Shown here one piece after another: positions 13,561 through 26,741 of a stretch of DNA of 64,000 bases. Numbering within the stretch: the stretch's first letter is position 1; every line of letters starts with the position of its first letter. The stretch is from contig NC_042998.1 of assembly GCF_006345805.1 (NCBI RefSeq), forward strand, positions 43,214,001-43,278,000, in the 5' to 3' direction. The DNA comes from Octopus sinensis. Its lineage: Eukaryota. The notes under the pieces were generated by a model. That model made no database searches. It saw nothing but the letters and a program-made list of their open reading frames with translations, and was not told the origin of the DNA. A program made the translations under genes and the position numbers.

Positions 13561-14917
13561 AAATCAAGCAGTATTTCTAGGAAACCCTTACTGAAGCCAT
13601 TGCTGTTTGTGGTAGTTCTTTTAGACATGCCCTCAGTCGTACAGTCACTCACTCTCACTAACTGCACTGACCTGAATATGATATGTATGTGCGTGTGTAT
13701 ATTGCTGGCGCCCCGGGTAAGCGGAACTTCGGCATGTACAAGCTGACGGTCGTGAACATTTCCTTGTCATTGCCACGCCTTCCTTGGCGACCCTAGCGCA
13801 TGGGATCTCGAGCAACTGCCTGAATTGCTGGTACCTTGAGCCAGTCCTGGTTATGTATGTATGAATGTGAGTATATATGTATGCATGGACTCAGGCGTGC
13901 GTACATGCATGCATGTATGTATGTATGTATGTATGTATGTATGTAGTATGTATGTATGTATGTATGTATGTATGTATGTATGAAGTACACATTCACTCAT
14001 ATATACGCATTATAAATCATTTTACTCTTTTATGTATTAAGCTGCAATCCTTTTGTTAACTACTTTATAATTGTCTTATTTAGGTGTTTGGTAAAGTATG
14101 TATGGGAAAGGCATAAGAGTCACAGTTTTAATAAATAATATATTTTCATTAAAAACCACCACGTTTCACAGAATGGTATTGAAAATATAATTTAAATGGC
14201 TAGAAATTTTGAATGGATACATTTTTGGTTAGTATTATACCAAGGAGAAAAAGAAACAAGAAAAAAAACTCATTATGTCATCTCAGTGTACTTGTTGTAA
14301 ATTATGTTTTGTACTAGATGCAAAAAGTAGGCCAACTAACCAACGCCTGGTGAAATTAGCAACTATAAATGATTGCATAGCAGAGCGATTTCAACGTTGA
14401 CCTTTGTGTCATTTAAGAAATTGGTTGAATTTAAGTTATTATCGTAAGATTACATGAATTAACTAATCTGGGGGAAATGTTTGAAAATTTGTTTGACCTA
14501 TTATGCTTTTGATATCTTAGAAAAAGACTTTTAGGATTATGTGCACTTGCGATATCACAAATTGAGTTGAATATTACTCTTCTGAGGACTATCAAGTTGA
14601 CTTTAAATATGAAGTAATGCTTTACAAATGCATCGGCGACTACTTTTCATAATAGTAATACTTATTGCGCATATTGACCTTTCATTTCATGATTTCGTAT
14701 TTTAGTTGGAAAGTGACGTTAAGTGGGCGTCTAATCTCTACCAGGAAAACTACGAAATAAACTTTGGAACAGTTGAAATTTTATCACTTTGTTAAAAACA
14801 CTTTAATTCAAATGCTGTTCAATAACTTAGTAAATAGCAGTGAAATTATTTTGAAATCACACTACCATCTCCTAATGTAATAATATTATAGTGTTTTTAT
14901 ATATTTGTGTGTGTGTG

Positions 14918-14969
<52 letters not shown>

Positions 14970-14974
<5 letters not shown>

Positions 14975-15550
14975 CCAGAATCACGCTGGACGCGGAGGAG
15001 GAGAGCAAATAATAATTCAGTGAAGGAGAAGTAGTGAGAGTAATAGCCTTGACTGAGAGTGAGTGAGAGAAAGGCAGGAGTGATAGATGAATAAGGAAGG
15101 AAGGGGTGAAAAAAAAATCAGCGTTTCAACTCTGTGTGAATATATGTGTATGTGTGTGCGTGTACTAGGGAAGTATGTATGATTATTATGTACCTTATTT
15201 TGTACCTTATTTATATATAAAATAATACAATTAGCCGTCATTATTGACGGCCCGTGGTCAGCTAGTTTTAAATAATGATTGAACACAATAGATATTACAG
15301 TCTTACATTACACTGAAAGAACAGGATGCTCACAGATGAATTTCTTTGATTCATGGTCTGCTTTCCCAGAGTCGATTTAGAGCTAAACTATAACAGCCTC
15401 GAATTTGTTGGCCAGCCGTGGTGAAGTAGTCGTGTAGTATGTAGGACATTGTGTAATTTTCAGGGGTAGAATAATTGAGTAGAGTTTAGTGCATAGCTTA
15501 AGCGGTTAATTAAAGTGTGGAGAGGAGTGAGACGGGTGTGCTATATGGGT
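14970..15550. repeat. Dispersed repeat blocks X, Y, Z (second copy at 17130-17490)
   Basis: GTCCAGAATCACGCTGGACGCGG (X), GTACCTTATTTTGTACCTTATTT (Y) and GAGTAGAGTTTAGTGCAT (Z) each occur twice. Confidence 0.8.
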
Positions 15551-15619
15551 TGAAGGACGAAATACAGTAAACAGATCATTTTTGTCCAGTTATGCAATGT
15601 CTCTTACATGGTTGAAATC

Positions 15620-16060
15620 GGAAGGCATGGCTGTGTGGTGACAAAGTTCGCTTCGCAACTACACAGTTCCAGGTTCGTTCCCATTGCGTAGCATCTCGAA
15701 CGAGCGACTCCTATATCTCAAGTTATTGAAGAACTTCGTGAATGAAATTGTGTGGAACCTCATCCCATATGATAGAGTTCCACAGGAATGGCTGAGTAGT
15801 TAACTAGTTCGTTTCGCAATCAAGTGGTTACGTGTTCAGTCCCTCTGCGCGGTTCCTTTGGGTAAATGTCTTTTACGATAGTAAACCCGAGCCAGCTAAT
15901 GCCTTGGGAGTGAATTTATAGATAGAAACTATCTGGATATCCGTCGTATGTGTATGTATATGTGTGGGTTTGTTTGTATGTGTATATGTTTGTGTGCAAG
16001 CCTGCAAGCACGTTTGTTTGTGTCCTCCCGTTGCTTGACAACTGTTATAGCATTTTTTAC
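15620..16060 (+). mobile_element. Degenerate family C SINE remnants (two heads)
   Basis: GGCATGGCTGTGTGG head at about 15625, second head at about 15790, GGATATCCGTCGTATG core. Confidence 0.6.
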
Positions 16061-16362
16061 GCCCCTTTGTCTGCAGACAAACAATATATTCCTCCTTAAG
16101 CATATGTATTACTAATTTCTTGATATCATATCTCTTCCCTTTTCTGCAGGAGTTTTCTTTCTCTAAGGTTTTGCAAGGTTTTCTTTCTCTAGAAGGAAGG
16201 TCATTCAGTACGTCACGCCTTAACATATTTACCAACACTCAAGTCACTGACTCATTTCCCTTAGACAGAGTGTAATTTTATGCTCAAAATAAGTGTTGTT
16301 ACTCTATACATCTGCACGCATGGATATTTTCAGTTTGTGTATGACTATCCACCTGTTTCTTA

Positions 16363-16770
16363 TTTCTTTATTGCCCACAAGGGGCTAAACATAGACGGGA
16401 CAAACAAGGACAGACAATGGGATTGAGTCGATTATATCGACCCCAGTGCGTAACTGGTACTTATTTAATCGATCCCGAAAGGATGAAAGGCAAAGTCGAC
16501 CTCGGTGGAATTTGAACTCAGAACCTTAATACAGATGAAATACCTATTTCTTTACTACCCACAAGGGGCTAAACATAGAGGGGACAGACAAACGGATTAA
16601 GTCGATTACATCAACCCCAGTGCGTAACTGGTACTTAATTTATCGACCCCGAAAGGATGAAAGGCAAAGTCGACCTCGGTGGAATTTGAACTCAGAACGT
16701 AACGGCAGACGAAATACGGCTACCCATTTTGCCCGGCGTGCTAACGTTTCTGCCAGCTCGCCGCCTTTCT
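16363..16770 (-). mobile_element. Family M SINE tandem dimer within one 12-bp TSD
   Basis: Full unit 16545-16770 plus 5'-truncated unit 16363-16540; ACCTGTTTCTTA at 16351-16362 and 16771-16782. Confidence 0.9.
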
Positions 16771-17129
16771 ACCTGTTTCTTACGACACATACTATGCATA
16801 TTTTGACTGAAAATATCCCATAACTCATAACATGCTTTTGAGCTACCAGTGAAAACTTCATGTGGTGTTTTGAAGGCTAATCGACCTGTTGAAATATCGA
16901 GCTCGTCCAAGATATTTATTGTTGGAAATCGCTGGTCCTGAAAGTAAAGTGGCTCACCGAAAGAGCTTATTATTAATTACTCTGCTGTATTTGTGACTTA
17001 GTAGTACGGCACACACATTTGTGGAATTCGGGGGATAATTTAGTCTGGAAGGAAGGGCATTACCGATTGCGGTTTTAGGCACTCCTAGACTGATGTTAAA
17101 ATTTTTTGTAAAGAAGTTCAAAGGCGTGG

Positions 17130-17490
17130 AGGACATTGTTTGTGTAATTTTCGTGGGTAGAATGATTGAGTAGAGTTTAGTGCATGGCTTAAGTGGTTAA
17201 ATAAAGAGAAAGTGACAGTGTGGAGGTGAGTGAGACGGGTGTGCTATGTGGGTTGTATAGTAAAGATTTGCAGAGGACAATTTATATATAAATAAGGTAC
17301 AAAATAAGGTACATAATAATCACACATACTTCCCTTGTACACACACACACATACACATATATATTTGTCCAGAATCACGCTGGACGCGGCGGAAGAGAGA
17401 ATATAATAATTCAGTGAAGGAGAAGTAGTGAGAGTAATAGCCCTGACTGAGAATGAGTGCGAGAAAGGCAGGAGTGATAGATGAATATGG
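17130..17490. repeat. Second, rearranged copy of blocks Z, Y (inverted), X
   Basis: Z 17130-17255 direct, Y 17278-17360 reverse complement, X 17365-17490 direct, relative to 14970-15550. Confidence 0.8.
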
Positions 17491-17749
17491 ACAATGGAAA
17501 AGTAAGTGCCAGAAGAGACAAAGACAAGGAAACCATCAAAAGAGATACAGACGCAGATCATGAATTACATCTTTCATCTATTTATCGTTTATTTGTTTCA
17601 GTCATTGGTGTGTAGCTACGCTGGGTGACCACCTTGAAAATTTAGTCGAACAAATCGACCCCAGTACTTATTTTCTTAAACTAACCATATGTCACATTAT
17701 TTACATTATTTACATTTGACGGATATTTGTCCTCATCTTGTTTGTTGTT

Positions 17750-17795
17750 AACACAACATTTCGGCTGATATACCCTTCAGCCTTCATTAGGTGTC
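17750..17795 (-). ncRNA. Minimal type-I hammerhead ribozyme motif (core variant CUAAUGA)
   Basis: GACAC-CTAATGA-A-GGCTG(10 nt)CAGCC-GAAAT-GTT-GTGTT. Confidence 0.7.
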
Positions 17796-17845
17796 TTGGG
17801 GGAAATTTAAAACCTGGGTTCTCATTCCTAAGGTGTTTTTCGATG

Positions 17846-17894
<49 letters not shown>

Positions 17895-18098
17895 CTTATT
17901 CAGGTCACTGCTTGAAATCGAACTCGGAATCTTGGGGTTAGTAGCCGCGCTCTTAACCGCTAACCCACATGCCCCTGGCATATGGCGTAGTATTAAGAGC
18001 AGCCTGTCACAATAGTAATAATAGTAGTAATAATAATAATAATAATAATAATAATGATAATAATAACATCGAAAAATACCTTAGGAATGAGAACCCAA

Positions 18099-18144
18099 GA
18101 CACCTGATGAAGGCTGGAGAGTATATCAGCCGAAATGTTGTGTT
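18099..18144 (+). ncRNA. Minimal type-I hammerhead ribozyme motif (intact CUGAUGA/GAAA core)
   Basis: Stem I GACAC/GTGTT, CTGATGA, stem II GGCTG/CAGCC, GAAA, near-palindromic stem III ATGT, cleavage triplet GUU. Confidence 0.8.
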
Positions 18145-18734
18145 AACAACAAACAAAATGAGGACAAATATCCGTCTAATGTACATAATTCCACATCTCT
18201 TAAATATAGAACTGTATAACCATATGTCAGACAAAAATGGACTCATCCATAGAGGTGCAAATCCTATACAAATTGATGGGGTATCTGTCTTACCATCTCA
18301 GTTCCCCACTCTCTCTCTATATATATATCTATATTTTAGTTTGAATTTCTCCTTACCCAACTTTGCGTAATTATACCTCTCACATACCTAAGTATATCGC
18401 AGACACGAAGCGGAATACACAAAATAAAAACAAAATTAATCGCAGTGTGATGCATCAAACCACCTGCTTCTGTGATTGAGATATTTAGGGAGAATATTGC
18501 TTCCAGAGTGGTCCTACAGCACGTTTGCTGACTATCTTGTATAGTTCTATTTCCCCATGTTCACCTGTCTGTTTCACTGTGGTTTTGTTTTTACGTTGTT
18601 AGGTTTCTGCAACCGTCACAAAGATAGACTGATGGGGTGCTGGTTTCGCCACCATCGCCCCGAACATATAACAGGTTGGTAACAGGTACTGTTTACATGT
18701 TTGCAGCAGTGTTAAGAGCAGCCTGTCACAAATA

Positions 18735-19445
18735 TATACAGAAACGTAACCCTCCCATGCATGCATGCATACATACATACATACATACATACATATACAT
18801 ACATACATACATACATACATACATACATACATACATACATACATACATACATACATACAACATACATACATACAACATACATACATACAAACATAAAATC
18901 AAACAAACATACATACATACATACAAATAAACATACATACATACATACAACTGAAGCTGAGAGCTTGTCTCACGACTCGAGTTTAATGCCACTGCGATCA
19001 TCAGGTGTGTGTATGTATGTATGTATATGTAGGTATGGATGGATGTATGCATGCATGTATGTTTGTATGTATGTACATACATACATACATACATACATAC
19101 ATACACACATACATACATACATATATACACACATACATACATACATACATACATATAGACAGACAGACAGACAGACAGAGAAAAGGAGACTTACTTTTGT
19201 ATGTTTGTATACCACTTTCTATACACAAGCAATTAGCAAACCCCACGCTATATTATAGGAAACTTGCGCAAGGTGCCGCTTGATTGAAAAATAAACTTCG
19301 AAACCGTACCACCAGCCTACTCTAATGTGTGTGTATGTATGTATGTATGTATGTATGTATGTATGTATGTATGTATGTATGTATGTATGTATGTATGCAT
19401 GCATGCATGTGTGTGAGTGTGTGTGTGTGTGTATGTATGTTTTTT
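18735..19445. repeat. (TACA)n/(TATG)n microsatellite cluster
   Basis: Direct inspection; source of the YIHT/MYVC ORFs. Confidence 0.95.
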
Positions 19446-19618
19446 TTATTATCTAGTTCCAAGTTGCATAAGTGAGTTTAAGTACAGGAGTGTCTTGCGT
19501 TGCACTTATCTTCTAGATATAAACATTTTGGAGACCTTTTCAATAATTTCCCTATTTATAATAATATTCTAACGATTTAAGATTTTATAAACATCGATCT
19601 TTTATTTGTTCCCCTCGT

Positions 19619-20026
19619 GGATCTTTCGGTTTGACCGGCAGTTTTTTCTAGCGGTGTCATATGAAATTGTCACCCATAATTATGACCCTAGTATCGATCT
19701 ATTGCATTTCAATCTGTTTTAGGGTTAGGGGTGGTGGGAAGGGTATCTTTTTTCTTTAGAAATGTAAATTAACCCAATCTGTTTCTTAAACGAGGGACAT
19801 ATTCATATGGCACAGAATGTTTTCACCTCAATAGACGTCACTGATTGGTTGAAATTGAAGAAATTGAAGAAAAAAAACCCAAATATCGTACAAACTATAG
19901 AATTTTCTCAATAAAGCCAAGAGAAAAAGATGTTTTGTAAACACATTCTACCAGTATACGAAGTTTAAAAGTGTTTAGTTACGTGGAAATTATTTTAAAC
20001 AACTGACGGTCAAACCAAAAAGATCC
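19619..20026. mobile_element. MITE with about 25-bp TIRs
   Basis: GGATCTTTCGGTTTGACCGGCAGTT / AACTGACGGTCAAACCAAAAAGATCC; flanks CCCCTCGT and CCACTCGT suggest an 8-9 bp TSD; internal TTAGGGTTAGGG. Confidence 0.8.
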
Positions 20027-20308
20027 CCCCACTCGTTTGACTACAGGCTTACTGTAGTTCCACTTTTTAGGAACTTTTGTGGTTTTAGTCAAATTAGCCA
20101 CTTTAGTCAGTTTTGACAAATACTTTGTCTCGTTCTCACTTTATTGATTTCAATCAAATAGTTTAGTGAGTTACTTCCCTTCTTTCCTTGTATTAGACTT
20201 TGATCTTTAATTTGTTTTATTCATTACGTCTAAATGCTGGAATACTGCTGCCATATTTAACATAGTGATCCCGTTTGAATTTTATTACATTACCTCGTTT
20301 TCACTGAT

Positions 20309-20364
<56 letters not shown>

Positions 20365-20366
<2 letters not shown>

Positions 20367-20680
20367 TTTCTTTTACTTCTTTCAGTCAATTGACAGCGGC
20401 CATGCTGGGGCACCGCCTTTTAGTCGTGCAAATCTACCCCAGGACTTAGTCTTTGTAAGCCTAGTACTTATTCTATCGGTCTCTTTGCCGAAGCGCTAAG
20501 TTACGCCACTTATATATATATATATACATACACAACTCGCTTCTTTCAGTTTCCGTCTACCAAATCCACTCACAAGGCTTTGGTTGACCCGAGGCTATAG
20601 TAGAAGACACTTGCCTAAGGTTCCACGCAGTGGGACTGAACCCGGAACCATGCTACTTACCACACAGCCACTCCTGCGCC
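20365..20680 (-). mobile_element. Family C SINE with internal deletion
   Basis: Reverse family C head and tail sequences. Confidence 0.8.
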
Positions 20681-20784
20681 TATATATATATATATAGTGA
20701 GAATTTACAGAAAAACAAAAGACGAAAACGGGAGTGTAAACAACAAACAGATGTATTAGTTTAACGCTCGGGAAGTGAGAAAGT

Positions 20785-20820
20785 CTTTTACGTTTCGAGC
20801 CTACGCTCTTCGACAGAAAG
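20785..20820 (-). ncRNA. Minimal hammerhead motif in a PLE-type terminal-repeat fragment (20700-20850)
   Basis: CTTT-CTGTCGA-A-GAGC(GTAG)GCTC-GAAAC-GT-A-AAAG; core A6 mutated; stem III ACGT; cleavage triplet GUA. Confidence 0.7.
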
Positions 20821-20889
20821 GAATACTAAAATAAACAGGGAGAGAAAAAAAAAAAAAAAGGTTTTGTGGCTAGCGATCTATCATATATA

Positions 20890-21002
20890 GGTGCAGGAGT
20901 GGCTGTGTGGTAAGTAGCATGCTTTCCAACCACATGGTTCCGGGTTCAGTCCCACTGCGTGGCACCTTGGGCAAGTGTCTACTATTACAGCCTCGGGCCG
21001 AC
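20890..21002 (+). mobile_element. Family C SINE head fragment
   Basis: GGTGCAGGAGTGGCTGTGTGG...CTCGGGCCGACCAA. Confidence 0.8.
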
Positions 21003-21086
21003 CAATATTATATATATATAATAAAAATAAATGCGCCCTTTTAAAGCCTAGTCAGGTTCATGGGCCGGTTTCCCGGTTTCCATGGC

Positions 21087-21140
<54 letters not shown>

Positions 21141-21164
21141 ATATATGTATGTGTGTGTGTGTGG

Positions 21165-21450
21165 TGTTGCAATGGCCCATTGGTTAGGGCAGCGGACTCG
21201 CGGTTTCGATTCCCAGACCGGGCGCTGTGTGTGTTTATTTAACGAAATTACTTAAAAAGCTCCACGAGGCTCCGGCAGGGGTGGTGGTGACCCCTGTTGT
21301 ACTCTTTCGCCACAACTTTCTGTCACTCAATCCTCCTGTTTCTTGAGTAACACTTCGATGGACTGGCGTCCCGTCCATCTGGGGGAAACACATACGCCAT
21401 AGAAACCGGGAAACCGGGCCCATGAGCCTGGCTAGGCTTGAAAAAGGGCG
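21165..21450 (+). mobile_element. Family A SINE with tail 2
   Basis: tRNA head TGGCCCATTGGTTAGGGCAGCGG, body AAAAGCTCCACGAGG, tail GAAACCGGGAAACCGGGCCCATGAGCC; an inverted copy of the tail lies at 21033-21090. Confidence 0.85.
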
Positions 21451-21460
21451 ACGTTTATCG

Positions 21461-21491
<31 letters not shown>

Positions 21492-21676
21492 TACACATAT
21501 AAATGTATATATAACTAATGAATTGTTACGATTGATCAAATAACGGATTAGTTAATTAATATGTTAGTTTGACCGCTGAGTAAGGGAAGTGAAATGCAAC
21601 TAGTACGTATGAGCTAAAATTTACTCACCTCCAGTGTACAAAAATCTATCTATCTATCTACCTACCTGTCTGTCTG

Positions 21677-21780
<104 letters not shown>

Positions 21781-21836
21781 AGGAGCTTCTACAGGACTAG
21801 AACTGTTTCATTCAAGAGAAATCTTCAGGAGCTCCT
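21781..21836 (-). ncRNA. Type-I hammerhead motif
   Basis: AGGAGCTC-CTGAAGA-TTTC(TCTT)GAAT-GAA-ACAG(TTCTAGTC)CTGT-A-GAAGCTCCT; stem I has one bulge; cleavage triplet GUA. Confidence 0.65.
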
Positions 21837-21914
21837 TCTATAATAAATAAATTTTACTCTGCTATGTATTGAGTACCTTATTTACTGTGGTTAACCCCGA
21901 ATCAACCCGGGACC

Positions 21915-21917
<3 letters not shown>

Positions 21918-22010
<93 letters not shown>

Positions 22011-22016
22011 GATATA

Positions 22017-22108
<92 letters not shown>

Positions 22109-22127
22109 ATATATATATATATATTAT

Positions 22128-22170
<43 letters not shown>

Positions 22171-22213
22171 GTATATATATATATTATATATATATATTAT
22201 ATATATTATATGT

Positions 22214-22248
<35 letters not shown>

Positions 22249-22266
22249 GTATATTATATATATATG

Positions 22267-22327
<61 letters not shown>

Positions 22328-22350
22328 GTATATATATATATTATATAATA

Positions 22351-22398
<48 letters not shown>

Positions 22399-22576
22399 TA
22401 TATAATATATATATTATATATATTATATGTAATATATATATAATATATATATTATATATGTATATAGTATATATATATATATATATGTACTATATATATA
22501 TAGATATGTATAATATATAATATATATATGTATATATATATAATATATGTATATATATTATATATATATGTTATAG

Positions 22577-22607
<31 letters not shown>

Positions 22608-22914
22608 TATGTATATATATATATATATATGTATATAGATATATATGTATATATATATATATGTATGTAATATATATATATAATATATGTATGTATATAT
22701 ATATATATGATATATATATATATATATATATATATAGTATGTATATATTAATATATGTATGTATATATATATATGTATTTGTATATATATATATATGTAG
22801 TAATATATATCTATATATGTATGTATATTATATATATAGTATGTTATATTAATATATATATGTATGTATATATATATATATATGTATGTATATATATATA
22901 TATATAGATGTATG

Positions 22915-22949
<35 letters not shown>

Positions 22950-22978
22950 TGTATGTATATATTCTATATATATGTATG

Positions 22979-23016
<38 letters not shown>

Positions 23017-23151
23017 TATATAGTAGTATATTAATATATATATATAATATGTATATATATATGTTATATTATATATAATATATATATATTATATATATAT
23101 ATATATGATATATATATAGTATAATATATATATATGTATATATGTTATATA

Positions 23152-23206
<55 letters not shown>

Positions 23207-23240
23207 TCATATATGTATATATATATATATATATAATATA

Positions 23241-23289
<49 letters not shown>

Positions 23290-23467
23290 TATATATATAT
23301 ATTATATATATATATATATATAATATATGTATATATAGTATATATTATATATATGTATATTATATGTTATAAAATATTATATATATATGGTATATATATA
23401 TATATATATAGTGTATATATATATATATATATATGTGTATATATATATTATATATATCTATGTGTAT

Positions 23468-23546
<79 letters not shown>

Positions 23547-23570
23547 ATATATATATATATATATATGTGT
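21918..23570. repeat. About 1.65-kb degenerate (TA)n tract
   Basis: Direct inspection. Confidence 0.97.
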
Positions 23571-23577
23571 GTGTGGG

Positions 23578-23862
23578 TGGAGGCCGCAACGGCCTAGTGG
23601 TTAGGGCAGCGGACTCGCGGTCGCAGGATCGCGGTTTCGATTCCCAGACCGGGCGTTGTGAGTGTTTATTGTGCGAAAACACCTAAAAGCTCCACGAGGC
23701 TCCAGCAGGGGGTGGTGATCTCTGCTGTACTCTTTCTCCCACTCTTTCTTCTGTCGGCCTGCTCGCTTAGTCAGCGGGGTGGCGTCATTCGAAGGCTAAA
23801 GCAATGCGAACGCATTGTGTCCAGCGATGTGTAACAACATCTGATGGTCTGGTCGGTCACGA
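23578..23862 (+). mobile_element. Family A SINE with tail 1
   Basis: GGAGGCCGCAACGGCCTAGTGGTTAGGGC head, B box GGTTTCGATTCC, tail CTGGTCGGTCACG. Confidence 0.9.
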
Positions 23863-26599
23863 AAAATATATATATATACACTTTTATTTTAATCAACTTA
23901 ATGCGATCATATCGCTGTTTTTCTATATCATTGTTATGGTATATTGTTGTATTTAGTGTTTCATTTATTAACATTTATTAACTGCTGTCTATTTGTATAT
24001 TCTGTCTTGCCTGTATAGGCAGTCAGTTCTTTTATATATATAATTTTTACTTTCAAAATGTACATTTTAGTATGTGTATTTGATTACTCGTGTCGCAAAT
24101 TACGATGAGGCTGTGTTCTGTGCTGAAAATTTTCAACAAAGCGAAACGCGTTCAAGGTTGTCTCCCGTGTTCACGTATGAAGAAAATATTCATCACATAC
24201 TCACATTTTTATATTCATATATTCTAAATATACTTTGGTTTTTCATTCCATTAATCATTTAATTATTGTTTTCAATTACATCGTTAAATTATTGTATAAT
24301 ATTCATTAGCAGTTGCTCATACAATTTTTAATCTACAAAAAGTGTCTGTATATTCATGCATTTCTTTAGTTCATTAGCCTGTCTCAGTACATTCATTCTT
24401 TTATTTATTCGTATCATATCTCATCATTTGGCTTTTTTCAGCTGCACACTTAGATTACACTAAGATACATTTGCGGAAAACAGATACAGTTTCTTGCAAA
24501 ACTGGTATAGTATATTTACCATTCGTTTGGTGTCTGTGTATTTGTGAGAACAGCATGGATTTAGTGTCACTCTATATAAGTTGAAATAAAGCTATTTCTG
24601 TACTTGTGTGTATTGTGTTTTATATATGTTGCACGAGTTTGGTCAGCTTTTCATGTTGTGAAATCCCATCTAACATTTATAATTCTTCATCCTGAAACAT
24701 TTTCACGCCATCAGAGATATAGACAAATTATACATTAACTGTGATATCATATTGAATTTATTCTTTGTCAAAATTCACTTTTCATGTGATTAATATTTAT
24801 TTTATTTAAATTACATTTCCTGTGATCGATACTGGAGGCAGTCGAATTGTTGTTCTTTCGATAATTTCTTCACAGTGTAAAACTTGCTTCATTTACGTTC
24901 TTAGTCTTGCCTATATGTGCACATACATAAATACATCCATATCTATAAAATACAACCCTTCCACACGGAGAGTTCATAACAGAAGTAAAGTATGATTACA
25001 GGTCATGCTTATAGGAACAGTAAAAAAACAAATGTTTACCAAGCAAACTGCATAATACTAAACTAAGTGGTACATATATAATCTAAGGGTAAAGGGCTTT
25101 TATTATTTAATCTCTTATCTCTGAGGAAGTGCACTTAAAGTATTTTGTAGTTCTATCTCGATCTACTTGAAAGCCAATTTCTTGTTAATGCTAAAATATA
25201 TAAAAACGATAGATGTATTATTTTCCGTATTTTCAACATCTGAAATTAATCGCAGAGAAAATATTAAGAATTAGGTTACATTATTCTTTAACCACACAAA
25301 CAAGGGGAACGATTCTGAACGTTTCTGAATAAGTAGTCGTCATCAGCTGATACAGAGTCATCGATATTTGTGGCTAGGATTGTAGTAATTGTTTGACTAT
25401 ATAGAAAATGTTAGTAAAATAATATTGAGGAGCACCAGGAAATGCGGTTAATAAATAGTTTAATTATGAAGGGCTGCTGACCATATATTTGAGTAGTAAA
25501 ACATTGGACCTTAATATTTTAACGGCAAAAATTATCGCAGGGATTAAATGATGTAAAATGAGAAATTTATAAGGTTAATTAAAGCCAAAAAAAGAAAATA
25601 TTCTTTTTCTTTAAACGAGCGAGAAGGGAGATAACTCCGAATTTTGTAAATTAACGTGAAGTTGAATGAAAGAGTTCGAGATATCAGCTCTCGCTACGCT
25701 TAAGATTAAAAGCTACTGCCGAAGCCGGCACACGATTGCTTGACCTGTTAGGAAGAACAGCCAAATAGTTCTTAACTTACTTCAAATGGTCTTTTAAAGT
25801 AACATTGAATGATGCAGTTCGTTTTACACATTGCTTTGAAAAAAAAAAAATAAAGAAAAGGAAACTTGGATAATCATGACTGAAATTGCCTTTGGTTTAT
25901 AGATCTCTTTAATGTGATTCGAAATATAACTTCCTATCAACACTTGAAACTTAACAATGGAAATTTTCATTACCACCAGATAGTTTATAATCTACATTCT
26001 ACATCGACATCAAACATTAAGTCATTAACCATTAACAAACATTTCAAAGCCAAAATTTTTGTCACTGCCATTAGTTTTTTTATATTGACAAAAATTTCAT
26101 AATTTCTAATCATGCCATTTCTTTCAACTCTACATGGCGCTTAAATTAAGCTTCCATTTTTCATCAGAAAGAATACTTTTATCTCATACGATATCAAATT
26201 CCATCGCGATTAAAAAAAATCAAATTCTTATACATCTCAAATTCACATTGCATTTCAGACATGTGTAATTTGTTAAAAATTCTTTTCTATGTGAATCATA
26301 GTAATCTGCTATTACTTTGATGGTAATAATTATTTGTAGCATTATTGCAAATTTATCAATTCTGCGCGGCAAATATTTTCTGCACGAAATATTGCTGTTG
26401 GTAGGAGATTAACGTCTATAACTTAAATCTTATCCATCTGTAAATGTAATATACACTTATATGCGCATTCAGGTGTATATATTAGAGGATATACAAATTT
26501 AATAAATAATTTTTTTCTCTTTAGTCAATAACATATCTAATTATTCTCTTTGACTTATAAAAAAAGGAAAAGAAGGCCACAAATCACAGATAGTTTTAA

Positions 26600-26630
<31 letters not shown>

Positions 26631-26692
26631 CATACATACACACACCACACACACACACACACACACATACATACATACATACATACATACAT

Positions 26693-26741
<49 letters not shown>

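Larger units (their letters stand above)
17695..18190. mobile_element. Head-to-head dimer of a short element: tRNA-like head, (AAT)n, hammerhead-bearing tail
   Basis: Minus unit 17695-17973 with A box TGGGTTAGCGG and B box GAGTTCGATTT; plus unit 17977-18190; both carry AACATCGAAAAA.ACCTTAGGAATGAGAACC...GAGGACAAATATCCGTC. Confidence 0.85.

Noticed and set aside
13690-13850. GC-rich patch that looks coding
   Set aside because: No interpretable frame or splice sites; probably an old retroelement remnant.
19718-19735. TTAGGGTTAGGG as an interstitial telomere
   Set aside because: Only two units, inside a MITE.
21918-23570. Very long (TA)n tract as a functional element
   Set aside because: Such tracts recur throughout the window and their length is unreliable in assemblies.
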